From the NCBI GenBank assembly GCA_040285825.1, contig JAUPSS010000004.1, forward strand, positions 2,460,550 through 2,524,549: a stretch of 64,000 nucleotides of DNA, in the 5' to 3' direction. A model generated the notes under the pieces. That model did not search any database. It had not been told where the DNA came from and saw only the letters and a program-made list of their open reading frames with translations. Shown here piece by piece: positions 44,836-57,216 of this stretch. The DNA is from Eukaryota sp. TZLM1-RC. Taxonomy: Eukaryota; Protista; Metamonada: BaSk clade. Positions within the stretch are counted from its first letter, which is position 1. The number at the start of each line of letters is the position of its first letter. The position numbers and the translations under genes were made by a program.

Positions 44836-45577
44836 ACCTTGGTGCGCAATGCTTCCTAAGTTGAACGACAGAATACCATTTGCACTCCCTAGCGATTTAC
44901 TGGATACGTTATTGGCTGGTAAGAACTCAATCGTGTCATCTTCATTAATTGACATATTGCATTTGTTAGCCAAATCTTCTGTTATAACCGAACAAAACGC
45001 TGCTGAATCAATAGTTGCAATCATTTTTATGTTATTTATTAAAATCTCCAATCTTAGAAATGGAGAACGCTGGGATCTGATGTGGTTCTCACTACCCTAG
45101 AATTTATACCAAAAATACTGTTGATAGAGCTAGGTTTGTGGAATTGTAGAGGATTAAGTAAGAATTGGTGAGCTGTTGGAGAGTTGTTGACTGGGTTTCC
45201 GAAATCGGCAATTGATTGATTATTATTGATTGCATAGATTTTTTTCCGATTGGGGAGAACCTGTGTTTCTTACTGAATCCGACTGTGGGGAATCGTGCTC
45301 GAACTAGCTGACTCGTCCTCAGGAGGGGATGTCATTGATGATGTGTCCTCTTGTAAAAATGCATGAAATATTTTGAAATATCTTTAAAATGCATTGTAAA
45401 ATGGCCACCTCAGCCCCTAACACTAAACCTAGATACACGTCTAGCACGGCCACCTCGGCCCCTTACCACACTGCCACCTCTCACAGGCTGATCGGCCTCG
45501 CTGATCTTGAATCTCTGTTCCTTGGTTACCTTACTCCTGGTACAACGGGGGTCCTTACAATCAAATACCGTGTGCCA

Positions 45578-48500
45578 CAGCAACCGAAAAATATTGATAT
45601 TTTATTTATTGTATATTTTTCTTTCGACAATAAATATATTGTGGGAAAATCACAGCTATACCCATTTTGTCAAATTTAAGTCCACATGTACCCAGATCTA
45701 ACCATCTCCAATATCTCTGAAAACCCCAGATTCAAACTTTCAGTGGGCAATAGGTTCAGCAAAGAGATCCTGCAAGAGCTTATTAGAAAAGAAGGTTCCG
45801 ATAGAAAAGCGAGCGTCAGATATACAAAATCCGAGGTAACTCGCATCAATGCTGTCTGTAGAAGCAAAGATTGCACATTCCGCTGCTACGCAACTAGAAA
45901 GAAAGACTGTCCAGATGAGACACCTTATGTCGTCAAAATCCTGATTCAACATACTTGTGATCCACTTGCTCTTGGAACGAAAGCTCCAAGACCTACTACT
46001 TCCTTTCTTGCAAGCCATCCTCGAGTGAAAGATAGAATAAAGGCCAAACCATTTCTAACAGCTTCCGAACTCAAGCCATTACTGGATGAGATAGCTGATA
46101 TGAAGCTTGCTGAAAGAGTTGCAGCTAAAGTTCGAGCAAAAGCTCGAGAGATTGTCTTTGGTACTCATAAAACAAACTACGCACGGCTTTATTCTCTTAT
46201 ACTCCGTATCCAACAGTGTAACCCTGGTTCTCATTGTGTGTTGGAGAAAGAAGCAGACAATACTTTCAAACGTTTGTTTATTGCTTTTGGTGGATCTTTA
46301 CATGGGAGTCAGTTCTTCCGTCCACTCATTCAAATTGATGGAACCCATTTGAAAACAAAGCATAAAAATGTGATGTTATGTGCAACAATGATCGACGCTC
46401 AGGGTCAGCTGTTTCCAATTGCGATATCTATAGTTTCTGGAGAAAACTATGACAACTGGAGATGGTTTCTTTGTGAGCTAAAAAATTGTCTCAAAACAGA
46501 AGTAACAACCATATCTGATATCATATATCTGACAGAGAGAAAGGACTTGTTGAATCTGTAAGATCTATTTTTCCTGATGCGTTTCACAGCTACTGTGTTC
46601 GCCATTTGGCCAAAAATATAGGCGTTAAGTCTACAAGTGTTTTATGGCAAGCAGCAAGGGCAGAAACAGAGATTGAATTAAAACAGTATCTCGAGATATT
46701 GAGAGAACAATCCATCAAGGCCTACGAAAAGGTAACAAAAGCTGGGATCAGCAATTGGGCTACTGTTGGGTTTGAAGGTCTTCGTTATGGGCACTTCATG
46801 TCCAATTTAATCGAATCTCTCAATGCTTGGCTTCTTGTTGCCAGAGGATTGCCTGTAATAGCAATGATCCAAACTATCATGGATAATCTCAATCGATGGT
46901 TTGAAGATCGATATCATCGTGGATCAGAAATGCAGAAAGCTATTGTTTAAAGTGTTTGGCATAAATTGAAGGATGAAGTTGTAGAAGGGAGAAAGTTGAA
47001 GACGAGAACGATAAGAAGAGATGACAACATCTTCGTCCAAGTAGAAGAAGCTCAGAAAAAGTACACAGTGAATATTAAGGAGCGTTTATGTACCTGTGAA
47101 AAATGGCAACGTTTAGGCATCCCATGTAGACATGCTGTCGCAGCTTTGGAAAAACTGAAACATCCGGTCTTAAATGGGGTTGATTCTCACTACCTTACCG
47201 AAAATTACCTAAGAACTTATGAGAACTTTATTGGTGCTGTAGAGATTCAAGACTTAGATGAAGTCGATATGCTGCCTCCAACTTACAAAAAGGCTCGTGG
47301 AAGACCTCCAACAAAAAGATTACGGCCTGGTGAGGGAAGAAAGAAGAAGAAGGTAAAGGTAGCAAATGATGGTGATGTGAGTGAGGTGGACGTAGAAATG
47401 TTATATGATTCTATCATTAACATTAGTACAATTCATGATGTTTTTGACGAGTCCTCAAGTTCTGGAGAAGATTATGAAAGTGAAACTGAGCTGGAAGAGG
47501 ACTCAGACGATCAGTGGAATGAATTGACCACTGAATTGATGTAGACGTAGATTGCTTTATAAAGAAATGTTTAATTGTTGCAATTTGGGTACAGGTGAAA
47601 CCAAAATTGATGGGTATGGAGAAATTGGGTACAAGTGGGACAAAATTTGACAAAATGGGTATAGGTGAACTTGTCCCATATAATGTTGATGCAAATATTT
47701 TATTGTATTGGTGAAGTATTGTGGGATTCAACTATAAATACACAATAGATAAGTTGGATTCAATTTGATATAATAACCAGAAACAACGGAACAGATCAAT
47801 CCTCACTATGACTCAATTATCTTCAGTGCCATTATTGGCTTTTCTTGACATGATCAATTCAACTGTCTTTTGATCCCAACAATGTTTGTTATAGTACAAA
47901 AACAGCTGCTTTTCCAAACTGTCTGAAGTCAAGTTCGGACGATCTGCCATTGTCATTTTAGCTCTACTAAACAACCTTTCTACGTCGTTACGGGTCGCAG
48001 GTATCCAACCCAGATCGATGTAATGGCCTTTGGGTCCGTCACATTCCTCCTTTCGTCTCATTCTCTCTTCAAATGTTACCTCCATGTCCTCTTCGGTAGT
48101 TGGAGATTGGCATTTCAGAAAACACTGTACTGCTTCTTTTTCAGCGTAGGACAATTCAAGTTCTCTGTTCCTTTGCAGCTTCGAAACTGCAGTTTCAAAA
48201 TTGGGAGAGTGCATAATTTGACTGGGGTAACTGGTATAGTTTGTTAAGTTTGGAAAATCTTTGTGAAACTCTTCAAAGGCACTCTCGGCCTGTGCTAAAG
48301 AGAGTTGTTGTCTTTGCAAGTACTTTGTTACTGGCTGGACTTTTTTCAATGCTTCAAGGAGTCTTTGAAGGTTCCGTTCTTCTGCTGGTGATGGTAAGCT
48401 TCTGGTCACCTCATCTTCGAAAAGGTCAAACATTTTGAGTTCCTTGTAGTCAAAGTATCGTTGAAGTGCATCATGCAAAGACAGCCACCTTGTTACGTTT

Positions 48501-49615
48501 CTTTTGCGGGGTTTCATTGAGGTACGTGTTCTTAAAACCATTGATCGTTTAACTAAATGAAGATGCTTGAAAACGGTGTCAATTTTTTTAAATCCTCTGT
48601 AACACCATGTTCCAGTGCTTTAACTTCCAGAGAAAATCGATGTGATGCACAGCCAATTAAAGGCACACCTAATCTGGATGCAAGACATCTGTTGGTCTCA
48701 CAATTGTCACCCACTATAAACCACAAGTCATCAATGGAGCGCCCAAAATCAGACAAAATAATTTCGATGACATGTAGATGATCCGCAGCAACCAAAAGTG
48801 TTTGACCACTGTAGGGGTTGTCTTCACCAAATTCAATATCTGTTTCAAAAGGAACAATACCAAGGAGAAGAGGAACTTTCATTTCAGGATACACCACAAA
48901 AATACCAACGAACTCTACTCCAGAGCTACTTTCAAGCCATCCATCCAACACGAGTCCAAACTTGTCAGGAATTTGTGTTGAAACAGTCTTAGCAACCTCA
49001 CTGTACAGAAGTCTAAAATACTTTCGGAGGTTAGGTTCTGAAATTGAGGAAAGAGAGATGTAGTGTTGAAGGGTCTGGTCGTTGACAAAAGAGAAAGGTC
49101 GTTGACCGTTGATGAGGAGTTCGAGCCATCCAAACATGTTTTCGACCTTTCCAACTGTTGGTTGCGAAAGGAAAAGTCCAGTGGCCCTTTAGCTCTAGTG
49201 GATGTGAGCGACTCATCAATAGGAGAATGATGAGCAAGGACATGAGAGGCAGCATTACGGTAACCATGTTTGGGAGATCCATTGTATATGATCATCGCAT
49301 TTGATACACTTGTAAGGAGTTCTTTCGGTACTGTATTCGGGATGGTCTGTAGGTGGACTAATATCCTTGGAATCCAATTTTGTGAAGTAGAATAGGACAA
49401 TCTGTTTGTTTGTAACCTTAGTCATAGAGAAGAGAGATAATGAAATGGATGAAATGGTAAACCTTCTAGTTCATCAGATATTGATATTTATTGCAATAAT
49501 TGAGTTATTGTCCGGACTAACAATAAATATATTGTGTGTTTCAGGATGAACAATACAATAACAATATGACAATAAATTTTATTGCTGAAATACAATAAAT
49601 TTTTTCCGGTTGCTG
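45578..49615 (-). mobile_element. hAT DNA transposon with 8-bp TSD GTGTGCCA, containing nested MULE-2
   Basis: TIRs CAGCAACCG(G)AAAAA; TSD at 45570-45577 and 49616-49623. Frameshifted transposase 49425-47813: BED-like CIKC..H..H, LDGW, GDNCETN, CASHR, TRW, VERLFS. Confidence 0.92.
45643..47677 (+). mobile_element. MULE/MuDR transposon 2 (broken transposase), TSD ATATA(T/A)TGT
   Basis: TIRs GGG..CTATACCCATTTTGTCAAATTT. ORFs 45686-46561 (IDGTHLK), 46606-46950 (SNLIESLN) and 46966-47544 (SWIM CTC..GIPCRH). 8/9 TSD match at 45634-45642 and 47678-47686. Confidence 0.92.
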
Positions 49616-51522
49616 GTGTGCCAATAGGGTTATTTCCTTCGGTGATGTTGCAGAATGTACAAAACTTAGACCCATCCCGTTCATGTCTTTCGGGGATATA
49701 TTTGGTTTGAGTTTTTCTCTTGTACAGTGGCTTTTCAGTTTCTTGGTAATGGCAAAGTTATCAATGCCCAAGAGGAAGTACTCCGCAATGAGGGCGGGTG
49801 AGAGGGTTGTTAAACCGCTGCTTCCCCATATCATCGCAGATAAAGTGGGATCAACCATGTATGTGGTCATTCTCAGAACGTCTCCGAAATCTTTGACGAA
49901 CCTACCGAATTAATTATCTGCATCTGCTTTGTTGTGGATATTTCTTCATTTTATACAGGGTTTTGCTAGAGCGGAGCAAGCCTTATGATAAAAGGTGAAT
50001 TGCGTCCTACGTAGCAGAATAACCTCTAATTCTGTGCCGGAAAAATCCGGTCTTAAAAGTCTTTGACCTTGCCACCTAGATATGAGATGATGGTCGATCA
50101 TGCTTGATAAGCCGAACGGAAAAGTACTTATCACCATACTTCTAAACAAGTGGTAGTGATGAATGGGGGGTCCCAGTCGTTTCTTCAATTCTGGGCCGAT
50201 CCTTATGAGAGGCTGTTTCATATATTTATCAATTTCCTCTCTGATATGGGACGGGAGAGATGAGATGAGCTCAGGAGTAATCTGGGCCTTTTGTTCGTCA
50301 AAAAGTTGGGTCGCTTTTAACATAGCACGAGACCAGTCAGATTGTTCTGGGGCTTCAAAGCTTCTATTAGCCATTTTACTCCCGTTCTTGTCCCATGTCT
50401 GAAACTTGAGTAGGAAGGAGATGAGAGACATTTTATTGAGTGGACTTTTCTCAGATAGGTGAGGAGCTCTGTATTCTGCTGACCTATACCGAGAGTCTAC
50501 TCGTCTCTGAAGACTACTCGCGATACTCATGTCCAAAATATTCCTTGAAGATTGGAGATCTTTCAAACGAAGAGGCTCCGTAGAAGGAATTCTTATACGA
50601 GGGGGTTGAGGGGGAGGTGTGTTGTCTAATCCAGGCCTACGTAATCTTCTGATACGTTACCGACCCTGGGTTGAGAGAAAGTGGTTGGTTCCTAGGCAGC
50701 CCTGGTAGGTCTGTCTACCCGTTCTGTCACATTGACTGAAAATGATCCAAATAAGTGGTCTTTCAATCATGTTTGTCTATAATTGGTTTGGCCAGAATCC
50801 CATGGATTTCCTTGTCCATAGCGGTTAACCTAGGACGGCGCTCTGCGCCACGTTCGTAGGTGTCTTTACTCAGATTCTCCATTGCCTTGATTAATTCTAT
50901 CCTTTCATTTTGAGGGATCTCGTAAACTCTGTTAGAGTCTCCTTTGTAACCCACGGTTTGAAATCCAACATTTCTTCCTATCTTTGGGGTTTGCCTCCAT
51001 AAAGGAGGGATCTGCTGAAACAAACAGTAATCTGTAGGTTCGAGGTGAGCCTCCGCATCGTTCATGATTTGTCGGCGAAGTTCCTTATTTTCGTCATCCA
51101 ATTCGTCTAATGCGGATTGAAGTTCTTCATATTCTTGTAAAACTGACGAAGTTTCAGAACTTGAGCCAACATTTGCATTTTTTGGTGAGGAGGGGGTGGT
51201 CCCGTTCCTGAAACCTTTTCAGGCAATGTTTTGGACTTGGAAGATGCGGGAGGTGGTTCCGAGCCTGATTCCATTGGTTTATCTTGAGGAGGGGTGGAGG
51301 GTGGTCCCGAGCCCGGGTCCTTGTCTATTCTCGTTTGTACTACTCCTTCTGCTGTTTTTTTGTCGAATGCACCTCTATCATGTTCCTGCATATTGGTTGT
51401 AAAGGTGTCAGAGCTCTGGCTGAGAGGGTCTGACATAATGATATCTGCTGAAGATATCTTCTGGTGAAGAAAGCTGTTTGTTGTAATGGTATACCTGTTA
51501 ACCTAAGTAATTCGATAATTAT

Positions 51523-51672
51523 TGTTGCATAAGGTTGGGATGAAGGGTTAGATAAAGGTGATTTATTTTAATAGTCGCACTATAAAACCTAAGGGCGCCA
51601 TCAAATAATAATAAAAATAGATGGAATTTTGGAAACTTGAATAAACACGAGCCACTTTTGATTTTGCCGACA
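51523..51672 (-). repeat. Candidate 5' LTR (150 bp) of the minus-strand gypsy element
   Basis: Minus strand tgtcggca...tgcaaca, 86 nt upstream of the gag ATG and followed by ATAATTAT, as in the other element. No partner LTR is present to confirm it. Confidence 0.55.
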
Positions 51673-52079
51673 TTGGAGCATTTGGTTCTACCTGACGAAC
51701 CCCCATCAGATAACCTCTCAACTGATGCAGTGTTTCCTGGCTTTTCGATGCTTGCAGGTGCATCCTCTTTCTGTTTTTTCAATTTTTATGGTAATACAAA
51801 AAATGCAGCATACACAATACACCTTTTTCTGTTGTCCCTCATCCATTTTAACGCTTATAAATGGCTTTTAAAAAAATGCAAATCTATCATAGGAGAATGC
51901 ACTATCTAAGAACAATTTTGTTTAAAACATCGATACTGTATTCCCACTTTAACAACACATTTATAAGAGAATTCTAAAAGTACTTTAATTATTCATACTC
52001 TGTATCAGACAAATCTAATCTAATGTCATCGACTATTTCAAGGTTTTTTGATTTTGAAGAACCACAATAGTCGTATAAT

Positions 52080-52720
52080 CACTATTATTGTTGGTGTCTG
52101 CAGTTCATCCAGACACTCTCAGTTTGAAGAAGTATCCAACCATTTTTTCTTATAGCGTTAGTGTTGCTTTTTTTAGACAAAACAACAGGACAGAGTTTCG
52201 ATTCTTGATGTGATGCTCCTAGTGCTGCAGTATTACGTATCTTTTCCAATCCAGTTTTCTGAATAGGGATGAAACCCTTCCCTACTTCTTCAATTGTACC
52301 ATCTTCACCGGAATCAATAGGACAGCAGTTTCATCAAAGTTAATGATTGTGACATCACCCGTCCCTTGTAACACCGTTTCGTACTGACGCTTAAATGATA
52401 CTGCTCTTTCTGCGATAGTATCTTCACTTTGGCTAAGTATTGTGTTTACCTTTCGGATGTCCAGTCCGTTTCTTTCCATAAATCACCGAAGCTATTTTTT
52501 AGAAAACTGTAACACCATGTCAGGGTTATGAATCTGATTCCACTTGTTTCCCCAAACACAGGTACGCTTTCGACTGACATATTTTTGGAGTTATCATACA
52601 ATGAGCATACTCCCTCTAACGTCTGCCTGAAGATTTTGTCCAAGAGATGGTCATCCATTTCTTGCGAACTGACTGATTTTTCTCTATCATCAAGTCTTTT
52701 TCGAAGTCTGAGTTCAAAAC
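52080..52720 (-). mobile_element. pogo/Tigger-like (DDE_1) transposase fragment
   Basis: TWCYSFLK..ERNGLDIRKVNT, IINFDETAVLLIP and RNTAALGAS; decayed. Confidence 0.65.
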
Positions 52721-52729
52721 AGCAGGCGG

Positions 52730-53040
52730 AGGGATCTGTTATTCCAATCTAGCTGGTCCATTTTTTTCTACGGCTGATCCCCATGACACTGGTCAAGTCG
52801 ATGTGATGCTCCCTGAAAGAATCACGGCATTTGTGTCATCTGAGTTGTTGCAACTGGATGTAGAGCTTCAGTCTGTTGTGGCTTCTTTGCGTGACCGATT
52901 GTTTAGAAGAATTGAGAACTTTGCACACGAATGCTTGCAAAGACGTGTATCTCAAACTACTTGAAGGGAAGATCATCCAAAGCAAACTATCGAAGAGTTC
53001 TTGATGTTGAGGACCCACATGGGCTTCTTAGTACGCCAGA
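52730..53040 (+). pseudogene. C-terminal remnant of the partner ORF, DD34E copy 3
   Basis: VIPI*LVHFF..MLPERITAFVSSELLQLDVELQ aligns with copy-1 CIPFTIGKLF..NLASFVSSRLTALDLER; convergent with the transposase. Confidence 0.6.
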
Positions 53041-53134
53041 TTCAGTCGATGTAAATAAAGTCGATGTAATAAATAGCTTTATTAACTGTTGATGTGTATT
53101 GCTTATGTACTGTTCTGAACAGTTCTGAGGTACT

Positions 53135-54250
53135 TTAGGTAAACTCTAAAGCTGTACGAGCATTTGATTTTGTATTCCAATAAGGAGACTTATAGAAATG
53201 ATCATCTTTCCAACCAGCATGGTTCAATAGACTTGAGTAGTCCCCTGTCATTGATTTCAGCAGTGATTGTACCAGTTCGTAAGGACCGATACCAATCCGT
53301 CTGTGGGACTCTGAACGAACTCTTTTTCTCAAAAGACCAAAGAAAGCTTCAATTGGGTTTGCTTCTGGGCAATAAGGGGCCAAGAGAAAATACCGTAAAC
53401 CAGCTTGGCGAACCGATTGCCCAAGAGGCTCAGAAATGTGGATTTTGCATCCATCAAGAACAAGCAAAGAACGAGGACCATCAGAAGAACAGAGAAGGCC
53501 AGAACGAATTAGCGATTTAAGGAAGAACGCAAAAGAGCATCTACTGAAATGTGCTTCCTTAATTGTATGGTAAACATAACCATTACAGTCAAAAGCAACA
53601 ATCAGTGAGAAGGGATTGAACCTGGAGGTCTTTGGATCAGACGGAATTGGTTGTCCCGATAAGGAATATCCAAACTGTCTGTTGAAATGTTCCGGTCTGA
53701 AGGAGAGTTCATCAACGAAGAGAAGTTGTCTATGATAAAGAATACCAACAGATGACGCCAGTTTCCATTCGAAGCGGCGAATTAGTGTCACCTTGGCTCT
53801 TCGCATAATGGTTGTCACTTTTCTACGAGTGAATCCATGCTTAATCAGAATTCGGTGCACTGTACTAACAGATATCGAAAAATCATGGTATATTTGTACA
53901 AGATAAGTCACTTCTTGAAGAACAGTAAGAGGGTCTTCTTTCACCAAATCAAGCATATATTGTTGGATGTGTAAGGGAGTTGCATTAGACCGTGGCGTGG
54001 TGGTGTTGGATGTTTCTGGCGAATTTACAAGAGGGTCCAGTCCAGCGAAGTACTGCTTGACCCACCGACTAACAGTGGATTGATGGACAAGGAAAAACTT
54101 AGCCACAGCTTTTTGCGACTCATTCAAAAACAGATAAGTGTACACAGCACTTACCTGCTATACAGCACGTGTGACAGTATCTTCTGAAACATGAGATTTA
54201 AGCTTTTGAACATCAACACCAAGCAGAAGAAGATTGAAATGGAGGGGCAT
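53135..54250 (-). pseudogene. IS630/Tc1-like DD34E transposase, copy 3 (small insertion with a stop near the N-terminus)
   Basis: ATG at 54250: MPLHFNLLL..HVSEDTVTRAV*QVSAVYTYLFL; FVDELSF, LDGCKIH and APYCPEANPIE. Confidence 0.85.
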
Positions 54251-54347
54251 AGGTGTTGCAGGTGGTTGTGAAATCTTTAATGGGGAAAAATCAAGAATCC
54301 CAATTATGCACCCAAATTGCAAACCCCAGCACCACTCCTGATAATTT

Positions 54348-56602
54348 AAAAAAACGTAAAATTAAAACAAAATAAACAGTTGTTAAATTAAAACTTATAT
54401 GTTGTGTGATCAATACCTCATCAAAAATCCAATAATAAACCAATGATTTTTGTAAGTTTTTAAAAGCTAATGAAAAATAAATTCATTCATTCATAATCTG
54501 CCGTTCATGGTGATTTAAAGCCTGAGAACACCATGCTTGAGAGTGGTCAAATTTGGCTTCATTGACCTTAACCCCCCAAATATGCAGGCTTGTAAGTTGA
54601 ATAGTTGTCAAGATTTTTCCTTTGGAGTGGAAATGAATAAATACCCAAGAATCAATATTAAATATTGATTTTAAGAAGGCAAAGTTATTAAATGGGGAGA
54701 TGGTAAATCATTTGAATTAATTGATGGATTAAATGGTATTGTTTTGATTTCTGTTTACACTATAAACAGAAATCAAAACAATACCATTTAATCCATCAAT
54801 TAATTCAAATGATTTACCATCTCCCCATTTAATAACTTTGCCTTCTTAAAATCAATATTTAATATTGATTCTTTTAAAAGCTTCAATTGACGGAGATTCT
54901 TTTGTAGCAATTGATGGAAATGGTGATTTCTTCTATGTTCTTCGTCCATTGTGCAAGAAGAACCAAGACTGTTTAGAAAATAGCCATCCTGCTGAGAAAA
55001 AGAGCATTCGTGGCAATATTAGTCCAAAAGAAGCGATTAGACACATGCACTGATCTTCTTCTCGTCGTGAAACTACCAAAAATTTCCAGTCTCCTGGATA
55101 TGTCAAGCTTGAACGTAATCATTGTACCAAAGTTGTTCAGACAGTGGCCATACGATCAACTAATACTGCCATTACTGCCAAGTATGCAGTTTTCTATACA
55201 GTTGGGGTAAGTAAAGTCAACAAATAAAAGCCACGATAGCCTAAATGGTGCAAATCTTGAAAGTCTAAATGAAAACTGTTGGTAAGCTACTCAAACTGGG
55301 TAGACTCAAACGACCCTTCAAGGACCCGATCGATCGGAAAGAATTGAAACATTTGGTAAATAATTACATGGATAGTGTACCTTCAAATAAATAATGACTT
55401 CATCAGAAAATTCTTGACTGAGAGAATTTGTTTAGCTTTGTTTTGATACCAAAACAATTGCTGAGAGTAATGATTGGTAGGAGTACACCCTGAATGGTCG
55501 TAGACTTTGAAAGGGTTGTCGATTACCAAGACTACCCCAATGAAGCTACAATCTCTTATTCTGAACAATTAAAGCAAGAAAAAGAAGGTTAAATCAATTG
55601 GTTAACCTTAATTGTATACAAGATTTGCTCGATAATGAATTGAAAAGGCATTAAAAAATAGTCTTGAAGGGGAAACAGTAATGTGAGCTTTTAAGACATA
55701 AGCAAAGCAGCATAATGTCGGCCGACCTAAGAGGTTTTGGGAGTATTGGAAGGACATGACCAAGGAAATGCTTCCGAGATATGAACTGGTGTGACAGGGC
55801 ATTTGGTCATCGGAATTCGAAGGGTTGAATCGGAGAAAAGTGTTCCATGAGGAGAAGACGGAGAGAGGTTGAGAAAGCATAGTGCACTGAGAGAGTGGTG
55901 AGAGTAGACGATCCAGGTTACAAGATGTTCTGTGTAATACGTAGATGTAGCGAAGAGATAAAGACAAAGGTGAGGTATCAAGGGGACTTCTAATGAAGTG
56001 TTGATCACACAACATGTAAGTTTTGTTGGGAGCCTTCTCTTGTGAGGAGAAAACTGTTGCCAATTTGGTTAAATTGGACTAAAAAAATATGCCACGTCAT
56101 CATTTGCTCAAATTCAATTCCTCCAATGAAGACTGAATATTGGGTGGAATATTTCCAGAATGAAGATTCTTTGGGTTGTATTTGCACCAGTAATAATTAA
56201 ATTTCGTGGGGAGACCATTGTGCTTGCGTCTGGTTGGAGTGTATCCGGGGCATCATACATGAGATCGAGAAAAGGGTTTGTGCAATTTTGATTTTTTGTG
56301 AGCATTATAATTGTCATCAATTTTTCTGAATTCTCATTGAAAATGACCCTCATTGTATTCTGGTAATGGCTCATATTTGGGGAGTTAAGGTCATTAAAAT
56401 CTTGCTTAACGTCATGCACAGGTGTTTTCAGGCTTTAAATCACCATGAACGGCAGATTATGAATGAGTGGAATTATTTTTCATTAGCTTTTAAAAATTTA
56501 CAAAAATCATTGGTTTATCATTGGATTTTTGATGAGGTGTTGATCACACAACATGTAAGTTTTAATTTAACAACTGTTTATTTTTTTTAATTTTATTTTT
56601 TT
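54348..56602. repeat. Inverted pair of about 185-bp repeats (54348-54532 and 56421-56602) carrying a protein-kinase pseudogene fragment
   Basis: Both arms encode AVHGDLKPEN (kinase catalytic loop). A third partial copy (gtgttgatcacacaacatgtaagtttt) lies at about 55998. Confidence 0.7.
54647..54873. repeat. Perfect fold-back palindrome: 111-bp arms, 5-nt loop
   Basis: 54647-54757 is the reverse complement of 54763-54873; loop CACTA. Confidence 0.92.
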
Positions 56603-57216
56603 TGGAGTTGTAGATGGTGTTGTCAATCTCACCTAAATTTTCCATTACTTGATTGTTCTTCCTCGTTCTGAGTATCTGGTCATTGGCTTTTTTATTCGAA
56701 AGTTTTAATTAATAAAGCTCTGATTATTGGTTTGGTTAATTTCATTTCAAGTTTAGTTCAAGTTAGTTTTGATTTATGTACATTCTCATCCAATAAGCTC
56801 AGTTATCTCAATAATTAATTATCGCCTTCAATTAACCTGTGGTTGCTTCAAATTTCAACACATTAAGCGTTTTCTCTGGCAATGCTTCGCTATTGAAGAT
56901 TTTTGGATGATAAAAAATTGGCAAATATATTTCTTCTATTTTTTAGCCACAATGAATTCTATTTTTCAAAAAAGTGTCTTTTACAACAAAGACTACTGTC
57001 AGTCATTTATTGAATCAATATATTTTCAAATTCATTAACAGCATGAAATGTTCCAAAGAGGTTGAATCTCATACCACATCGTGTTGGTCCGTACAACTGA
57101 TTTATTGTCACGATTATGGTTTAATCAAAGACTGTTTATTATTTTCAAAGACATATTGTTGCAATTGTAGTGGTTATATAATAGTCTCACTGCAATCCCA
57201 ATCCAATCCAATTCTC

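Larger units (their letters stand above)
38800..51672 (-). mobile_element. Second, decayed Ty3/gypsy LTR element split by nested insertions; 3' LTR not found
   Basis: Candidate 5' LTR at 51672-51523. Gag runs 51436-49624 and resumes at 45577 (CTFC...HTVFDC knuckle across the hAT TSD, then an RGG tract). Protease IDSAA at 45051-44840 resumes HYRHTLPIIPG..LIGTDML at 40605. RT PRLTGEFSG, RH FTDPKNI and DMLSRN, and integrase remnants run to about 38800. Confidence 0.8.

Noticed and set aside
45351-45401. About 35-bp insert flanked by TTGTAAAA repeats inside gag
   Set aside because: Could be a footprint or mini-insertion, but it is too short and AT-rich to call.
45413-45480. GCCACCTC repeats as a regulatory or iteron array
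   Set aside because: They are the reverse complement of RGG codons in the minus-strand gag.
55600-56000. VVRVDDPGYKMF as a RuvC-I motif
   Set aside because: Surrounded by stops in all frames, with no other Fanzor blocks nearby; likely chance.
56974-57216. 81-aa N-terminal extension of the DENN protein
   Set aside because: Starts at GTG in AT-rich, intergenic-like sequence; domain similarity begins at ATG 57217.
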